A stretch of DNA of 64,000 bases, taken from NCBI RefSeq assembly GCF_011745625.1, contig NW_027191460.1, forward strand, positions 186,001 through 250,000, read 5' to 3'. The translations under genes were made by a program, and so were the position numbers. Shown one piece after another: positions 58,598 to 64,000 of this stretch. The notes beneath the pieces were generated by a model that did not search any database, was not told where the DNA came from, and was given only the letters and a program-made list of their open reading frames with translations. The stretch is from Cladosporium halotolerans. Lineage: Eukaryota. Numbering within the stretch: the first letter of the stretch is position 1; each line of letters opens with the position of its first letter.

Positions 58598-59167
58598 CTA
58601 CCCAGCCAACGACCCCATCCCCTTCTCCTGCTTAACCCCCTCCGCCCCCTTCAACCAACAAACGCGGTTCTCCGTAAAAACCTCCACGCTCGGCTTCAGC
58701 GCCGTCTCATGCAGATCAAAGTCATCGACCGTGCCGATCCTCGTGATCAGCATGCCCGGGAAACCCGACGAAATCCGGTACATCAGCGTGCCGCAGACGG
58801 AGCAGAAGTGGTTCTCCATCGTGTTGCCGCTGGCGATCGTCTTGCTCTGCGCGAACTTGGTGAGCTTGTCGCGGCCGCGCACGTGCTGCGTCGCGGAGTC
58901 TTTGACGATGAAGTTGGAGGCGAACATCGAGGCGGTGATCTTGCGGCAGTCGGCGCAGTTGCAGATGAAGGAGTCGACGTAGCCGGGCTTTTTGAGGGGC
59001 TGGGGTGGCGTTAGGTTAGTGCTTGAGCGATTGGCAGGGAAGAGACGAGTGGATGGTCTTACGAAGAGGATTTGCACGCTGCCGCAGAAGCAGGTTGCGG
59101 TGGCGGTGTCGCTGTCTCTGCCTCCTTTGATGCCCTCGGAGGGGAGTGGGAAGCGTTCAGTCGACAT
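58598..59167 (-). CDS. GFA/CENP-V (Mss4-like) zinc-binding protein; intron 59000-59062
   Basis: ATCFCGSV, CNCADCRK and HFCSVCGT motifs plus LKPSVEVF. The 63-nt intron is GTAAGA...CTAAC...CAG. Confidence 0.9.
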   Translation of the reverse strand: MSTERFPLPSEGIKGGRDSDTATATCFCGSVQILFVRPSTRLFPANRSSTNLTPPQPLKKPGYVDSFICNCADCRKITASMFASNFIVKDSATQHVRGRDKLTKFAQSKTIASGNTMENHFCSVCGTLMYRISSGFPGMLITRIGTVDDFDLHETALKPSVEVFTENRVCWLKGAEGVKQEKGMGSLAG

Positions 59168-59535
59168 GGTGGATGCCTATTCGGTACGCAGAATATCAAT
59201 GGATGAAAGAAGTACGAAATCGAACCTTGATTGAACGAGTTCGAAATTGCTATGCATTCCCGAGAGGGGAAGGGTATCATCTTATACTGAGGAACCTCAA
59301 TGCTTACCAACATACAAAGTCGATCAGCCGCAGCTCCAGCCCGGTCCCGATCATGACGATTTCCAACCCTGCCTTGAAGTTCAGGCATCTCGTGTGTTTC
59401 TTGCTGATATTGGCCTTCCTTTGACCCGTGTTTGCATAATAGTCGGAGGGAGATGAGACCGATCAGCCCACTACAGCCCACTTCAGTGACGTATCAAGGT
59501 CTAGAAGACCAAATGTCGGTCCTTCAATCGAAATC

Positions 59536-59665
59536 GAGACGATGTTTTGACAAATAAGCATGCGGGGTGTAGGTGGAGAGTTGCGGATCGCTTCGGTTAT
59601 CTGAGTAGGATAGATTATCCACTTATCTAATCTGGCATCCCTCATCTTATCTTATCTTATCTTTG
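59536..59665. promoter_or_regulatory. Cluster of TTATC (GATA) motifs including a TCTTA tandem repeat
   Basis: TTATCT 59536, TTATCC, CTTATCT 59563 and TCTTATCTTATCTTATCT ~59645-59662 in the divergent GFA/HSP20 promoter. Confidence 0.45.
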
Positions 59666-60010
59666 AGCAGGATTTCTCCAGATCTCTCGATGTGGCGTGT
59701 GGCGTCATCTCTTCTCCACGTTTCGCCACACGATCGCCACAGCTAAGCCCTAGGCAACTCGCTAAGCAGGTCTACGTACACCTCGCGGGCGAGTGATAAG
59801 CATTCTTCCTGCACATATACGCGGAAAGCGTCTGCCTAATCTTCTACTTCCTTCACGATACTTCTCTCTTCTCCCGTGTGTGACTCGGAGGCTGATTGCG
59901 TAGTCCCTAGTCTGCCTATCTCAACGGTAGGTCTATAAGTGTGGCGTCAGCTCCTCTATTACCCTCTCCTCTTTCACTCCCTCTCATCTTATCCTTACAT
60001 CACATCAATC

Positions 60011-60994
60011 ATGCCCTCAGTACGCTACTACAATCAAACTGCTCCCTTCTGGGATTGGGTCGCCAACTTCGAAGGTCAAGGCTTCAACAACGCAGCCTCC
60101 AGCGCCAATCGAGACAACAACGAATCGAACGACGACGACAACAACAACAACAACGACAACTTCAATCCATGGGCTCAGTGGCCATTCCAGCCCTTCCCGC
60201 ATCGCGGCGGTAGAAACGGTCGTCACGGTTTCAACCAGCCACCGCCTGGCCCGCCGCCCGCAAACGAGACCGAGGCTCAAGATCCGCCCATCTCGACTCC
60301 ATCCGAGGAGCCTCAGGCTGGGCCATCCGAGCCCCGTGGCCCACCACCTCCCTTCCCTGAGGGACCGCACCCTCACCACCCTCCTCCCCCTCACCACGGC
60401 CCCGGCCCACACTCTCACCACGGTCACGGCCCGCCACCTCACCACCGCGGCCGTCGCGGCCGCTGCGGCGGACGAGGAGGACCCTGGGGCGGACGCGGCG
60501 GCCCCTTCGGCCCCAACTTCGCCGCCGGCGGCGCGCCGCCTTTCATGCAAGACCTCGCGCAGATGTTCAGCGAGAGCCTGTTCGGCGGCGACAACGCGAC
60601 CACCACCAACAACAACAATGATAGCGCCGCCAAGTCCGAAGACTTCAAGCCCGAAGCCGACGTCTTCGACACGCCTTCGTCGTACGTGATCCATGTCTCG
60701 CTGCCCGGCGCGAAGAAAGAGGACGTGGGCGTCAGCTGGGACGCGGAGAAGTCGGAGCTGAACGTCGCGGGCGTGATCTACAGGCCAGGCGACGAGGAGC
60801 TGTTGAAGGCGCTGGCGCTGGACGAGAGGAAGGTCGGCGCGTTCGAGCGCAGTGTGAGATTGGGCAGCAGGGCGAATCCGGCGCAAGTGGACGCTGAGGG
60901 CATCACGGCGAAGTTGGAGGACGGCGTGCTGCGCGTCACTGTGCCGAAGTTGAATGGGGAGTTTGTGGAGATTAGGAAGGTGGATGTCGAGTAG
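60011..60994 (+). CDS. Small heat-shock protein (HSP20/alpha-crystallin domain) with long low-complexity N-terminus
   Basis: [10 protein letters not shown]...[11 protein letters not shown]...[13 protein letters not shown]...[22 protein letters not shown] ~75 nt upstream. Confidence 0.92.
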   Translation: MPSVRYYNQTAPFWDWVANFEGQGFNNAASSANRDNNESNDDDNNNNNDNFNPWAQWPFQPFPHRGGRNGRHGFNQPPPGPPPANETEAQDPPISTPSEEPQAGPSEPRGPPPPFPEGPHPHHPPPPHHGPGPHSHHGHGPPPHHRGRRGRCGGRGGPWGGRGGPFGPNFAAGGAPPFMQDLAQMFSESLFGGDNATTTNNNNDSAAKSEDFKPEADVFDTPSSYVIHVSLPGAKKEDVGVSWDAEKSELNVAGVIYRPGDEELLKALALDERKVGAFERSVRLGSRANPAQVDAEGITAKLEDGVLRVTVPKLNGEFVEIRKVDVE

Positions 60995-61630
60995 ATGCTC
61001 TCTTGTTGATATGGGCAGCTCGGCAGTCGAGGGTTAGGAGTTATGTAATGCATTCTATACGATTTTAATTGATGATAACACAATACATGATCCCTGTTTG
61101 TATTTCATTTTGGTGCCATCATCGAAAGCTGTTGTTGATCGATGAAGTGAACTGTAATTCACGCTGAGAAATCTCATCCACATTCACCAACCAGTCCACT
61201 CGGGCGTTATGACAACATGACACGGCTCTACGACTTTATCCAGTCAACGTTTGCGATCTGACACTTCACTCACAACAAAAGGTGTACATCGATCGAATGT
61301 TCACAAAGGTTTCGTCTCGAATTATAAAAACGCTAAAGAGAAAGCCGTCACAGGCCCTGTCTGTATCACAATAAACGCATAGGGGTTCCGATCCCCCTCT
61401 AAATAAGAAGAACCCATCCTGACTCTTCCCAGAAGTCGGACCAGAACCAAAAAGTCAATGTTAAGAAAAATTTGAGGAATGAGAGAAAATGCAAAGGGGA
61501 CAACGCCTGCGCTTGCAACGCATGAGTGTGGAAATGGCGAAGCAAGAGATGTGTATCCCAAGAGGTCAGCGCAAAACAGGGGAAGGAAAAACGAAACAGC
61601 ATGCATGCTCTGTGGTGCCCTCGCTTAGAT

Positions 61631-64000
61631 CTACTCCGGCTTGTCTTCGCCGTCCTTCAGTGACAGTTTCCGCTCGCTCTGAGTAGGGCTGGGCGGCACG
61701 ACGATCGTGGTCGGAGTTGGGAGCTTTCCGTCGTCGGGATCGAAAGGCTTCTCCTCCGCCTCTTCTGCCTCAGCGCCGGCAGCTGGCTCAGCCGGCAGGG
61801 GTTTCTCATCTGCCTCTTCAGCGTTGCCTTCTTGCTCTTCGGCGATCGTGCTCTGGGTCGGTGCGGGTGCGTCGACGCTCGAGTTGCCCGCTCGTCGCCG
61901 TGCGGCTCGGCGGCGCTGGCGCTCTTCGTCCGCACTCTCGCGGCGGCGGCGGACGCGCAGGCTGTCATCACGGCCGACGCTGCCGACACCGCCGTCGCCC
62001 TCGTCGCCGCGCAGACCCTGGAGCAGACTTGCGGCGCGGTCGGCGATGTCCTCGCCTTCTGACGTCGGGCTGACGGGAGGCTGCTTCTGCTCGGCTTGGC
62101 CCTCAGAGGCGCCGTCGCGGTCGGCCGAGGTTTCCGATTGGCCTCCCTCTGTGCTGGGAGAGAGGAGCCCTGTGTCTTGGACGTTCTCGCCAGTCTCCGG
62201 GATCTCCTGGCCTGAGGCGACGCGCACTTGGTGGCGGTCCTTTAATCTGGCCCTACGGCGGCGGTCTCTTGTGTCCCTCGTCTGCGGCGCGGCAGCACGC
62301 AGCTTCTCGAGCAGCGTGTCCATCGCACCTGTGCTAGGGCTGGGACTGAGCGGCTGATCGCCGGTGGTAGCGGCGTTGGCTGCGTGGGCATTGATTTGCT
62401 TGCGGCGCATGTTGGCCTCGTTGCGACGCCAGGTCTCCTCGAGGATCATGTTCTTCTCGTGCGACTTCTTGTACTCGTTGACGAAGTTGGCCAGCTTGGT
62501 GAAGAAGTCGCGGCGGGCGTTGTCGTCCCTGTTGTCGTCGCCGAAGAACGTGAGGATGTCGTCGAATACGCGGTTCATCTCTGTGAGGTAGAGCTGCATT
62601 TGCTCGGCCTTGCGGCGAGCATCCTTCATGCTGCGCTGCACGACTTGGCTGACGCGATCCTCCGGGTGGAACTTCTTGGAGTCGCTGAGGTTTCCAGCGT
62701 CGAGAGAAGACTGTACGTTGTTGATGTTGTCGATGTATTTCTTGGCATCGCTTTGAAGTTGCTCGATGTTCATCTTCTGCGTGGTTAGAACGCCAGCAAT
62801 GTCGTCGGTGAAACCCTCGTATTGCGGGTATTGCTTGCGAACAACGCGCTCCACGTAGTCCGTGAGCGTGGACTCGTTGTTGGTGTCCTTGACCATACCC
62901 AAGCGCGCAAGCGAAGACAGCTTGAAACCCACAGCCTGCTTGTTGGTGTCGTTCATGTAATTACCAATGTCCAGAATCAATCCAAACACAGGCATCAGCT
63001 TGACCGAGTCGCGGAGTGACTCAGATACGTTGACAACATGCTTCAGCTTGCCAGCGATCTCATCGTAGTCAGGTTCGAAAGTACGCGTCAGCGAAAGGGC
63101 ACGCATACGAGCCTTCCAGTAGTGGTGCAGCTCGTAGGCGGTGTACAGATAGATCTGATCTTCGCGCGTGAGCTCGTTGGGGTCAGCCTCGCGCTCTGTG
63201 CTCATGGCGTCGGGACCAGTCCAGTCCTTAGAATAAGGAGCCATCTGCTTGGCGACATTGTCTGGAATGGTGCACAGGTGCTCGAGCTGAAGGAAGTCCA
63301 TGACGTTGCCGTTGTCAAGAATCTCCTTGTCGCAGTGGATGATCTGGCGAACAATCTCATCGGCCTCCAGATGCGAGAACTTGGCGAGAGAGATCTGCAT
63401 GGTGTGCATGAGGTCGCGGCTGATTATTTGCTTCTTGTCGCTCTTGGCCTTTCCACTGGCCTTACCGATCTGCTTGATTTCTTTCGCCATGAAAAGCTTT
63501 TCGATCTCGTCAAGAATACCCTTCTTCGAAAGCTCTTGGTACTTCTCTTCTTTCATCTCAGAGGTGGGTGTGTGCGTAGCCCAGAGCGTGATCTCGGGCG
63601 AATCAATCTTCTCCCAATGCAGAGCCTTAAGCTTCTTCTTAGGTCGCGGCGCGCCTAGGCCAACAGTAGTAGTGGGATTGTAGATGGGCGATGGAAGCCA
63701 GCCACCCTTCTTGGCACCAGGGAGAGGTGGTGCTCCAGGAGGAGGCGGTGGAGGTCCACCAGCGAAGCCACCAGGGCCCGGAGGTGGAGGAGGTGGGGGA
63801 GGAGGACCGCCAAACCCAGGCATGGGAGGAGGAGGGGGTGCACCGCCACCGAAACCAGGCATAGGTGGAGGAGGTGGAGGCGGAGGCGCTCCCCCGTCGA
63901 ATCCGGGCATGGGTGGGGGAGGCGGAGGTGGGCCGCCATCGAACCCAGGCATTGGTGGTGGCGGTGGAGGTGGTGCGCCATCGAACTTGTCTTTGGGATG
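61631..64000 (-). CDS. sepA: Formin (FH1-FH2-DAD), 5'-partial
   Basis: Poly-Pro FH1, FH2 start PKKKLKALHWEK, ILDIGNYMN, GFKLSSLARL, and DAD MDTLLEKLR followed by RRRR. Confidence 0.95.
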   Translation of the reverse strand, partial: HPKDKFDGAPPPPPPPMPGFDGGPPPPPPPMPGFDGGAPPPPPPPPMPGFGGGAPPPPPMPGFGGPPPPPPPPPGPGGFAGGPPPPPPGAPPLPGAKKGGWLPSPIYNPTTTVGLGAPRPKKKLKALHWEKIDSPEITLWATHTPTSEMKEEKYQELSKKGILDEIEKLFMAKEIKQIGKASGKAKSDKKQIISRDLMHTMQISLAKFSHLEADEIVRQIIHCDKEILDNGNVMDFLQLEHLCTIPDNVAKQMAPYSKDWTGPDAMSTEREADPNELTREDQIYLYTAYELHHYWKARMRALSLTRTFEPDYDEIAGKLKHVVNVSESLRDSVKLMPVFGLILDIGNYMNDTNKQAVGFKLSSLARLGMVKDTNNESTLTDYVERVVRKQYPQYEGFTDDIAGVLTTQKMNIEQLQSDAKKYIDNINNVQSSLDAGNLSDSKKFHPEDRVSQVVQRSMKDARRKAEQMQLYLTEMNRVFDDILTFFGDDNRDDNARRDFFTKLANFVNEYKKSHEKNMILEETWRRNEANMRRKQINAHAANAATTGDQPLSPSPSTGAMDTLLEKLRAAAPQTRDTRDRRRRARLKDRHQVRVASGQEIPETGENVQDTGLLSPSTEGGQSETSADRDGASEGQAEQKQPPVSPTSEGEDIADRAASLLQGLRGDEGDGGVGSVGRDDSLRVRRRRESADEERQRRRAARRRAGNSSVDAPAPTQSTIAEEQEGNAEEADEKPLPAEPAAGAEAEEAEEKPFDPDDGKLPTPTTIVVPPSPTQSERKLSLKDGEDKPE
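63730..63990 (-). repeat. Coding tandem repeat of formin FH1 (PPPPPPMPGF[D/G]GG units)
   Basis: About four imperfect ~40-nt units encoding PPPPPP-MPGF-x-GG. Confidence 0.85.

Noticed and set aside
1..64000. Many long overlapping or antisense ORFs (e.g. 3733-4722+, 49265-50419+, 56904-57923-, 60017-60886-)
   Set aside because: These are shadow frames of GC3-rich exons on the opposite strand or frame. They often start at GTG/TTG and have no recognisable motifs.
1..64000. Transposons, CRISPR arrays, rRNA or a secondary-metabolite cluster
   Set aside because: I saw no transposase/RT motifs, long terminal repeats, repeat-spacer arrays, rRNA sequence or PKS/NRPS/tailoring genes.

Overview
Gene-dense eukaryotic DNA from a filamentous ascomycete (Pezizomycotina; Dothideomycete/Mycosphaerellales-like is only a tentative impression). 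It has short GT-AG introns (mostly 50-60 nt) with CTRAC branch sites. About 29 protein genes can be modelled. Recognisable ones are an Osh1/2-type oxysterol-binding protein (5'-partial), an amino-acid/GABA permease, prefoldin 4, a DHA1 MFS transporter, a PHD-finger protein, APC4, delta-COP, carnosine N-methyltransferase, PAC4, a MARVEL protein, Spt23/Mga2, PFK-2/FBPase-2, a secreted LVIVD/choice-of-anchor-B-like protein, a GFA/Mss4-like protein, HSP20 and a SepA/Bni1 formin (5'-partial). There is also an intron-containing tRNA-Glu(CTC). Most long ORFs in the supplied track are antisense shadows of GC-rich exons. The most interesting items are: (i) a spliced 93-aa, 8-Cys secreted effector-like gene only half visible in the ORF track; (ii) a possible unrecognised family of three small helical orphan proteins (9.2 kb, 27.1 kb, 28.2 kb) sharing a C-terminal L-x22-[VI]xxRW motif; (iii) an accessory-looking island at ~25.3-28.8 kb with two 1-nt frameshifted genes and a telomere-like G4 tract; (iv) a spliced 62-aa hydrophilin-like gene; (v) splice/uORF arrangements around Spt23/Mga2; (vi) GATA-site clusters. 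No transposon, CRISPR array or biosynthetic gene cluster was seen. All family assignments come from motif recognition by eye, not database searches.
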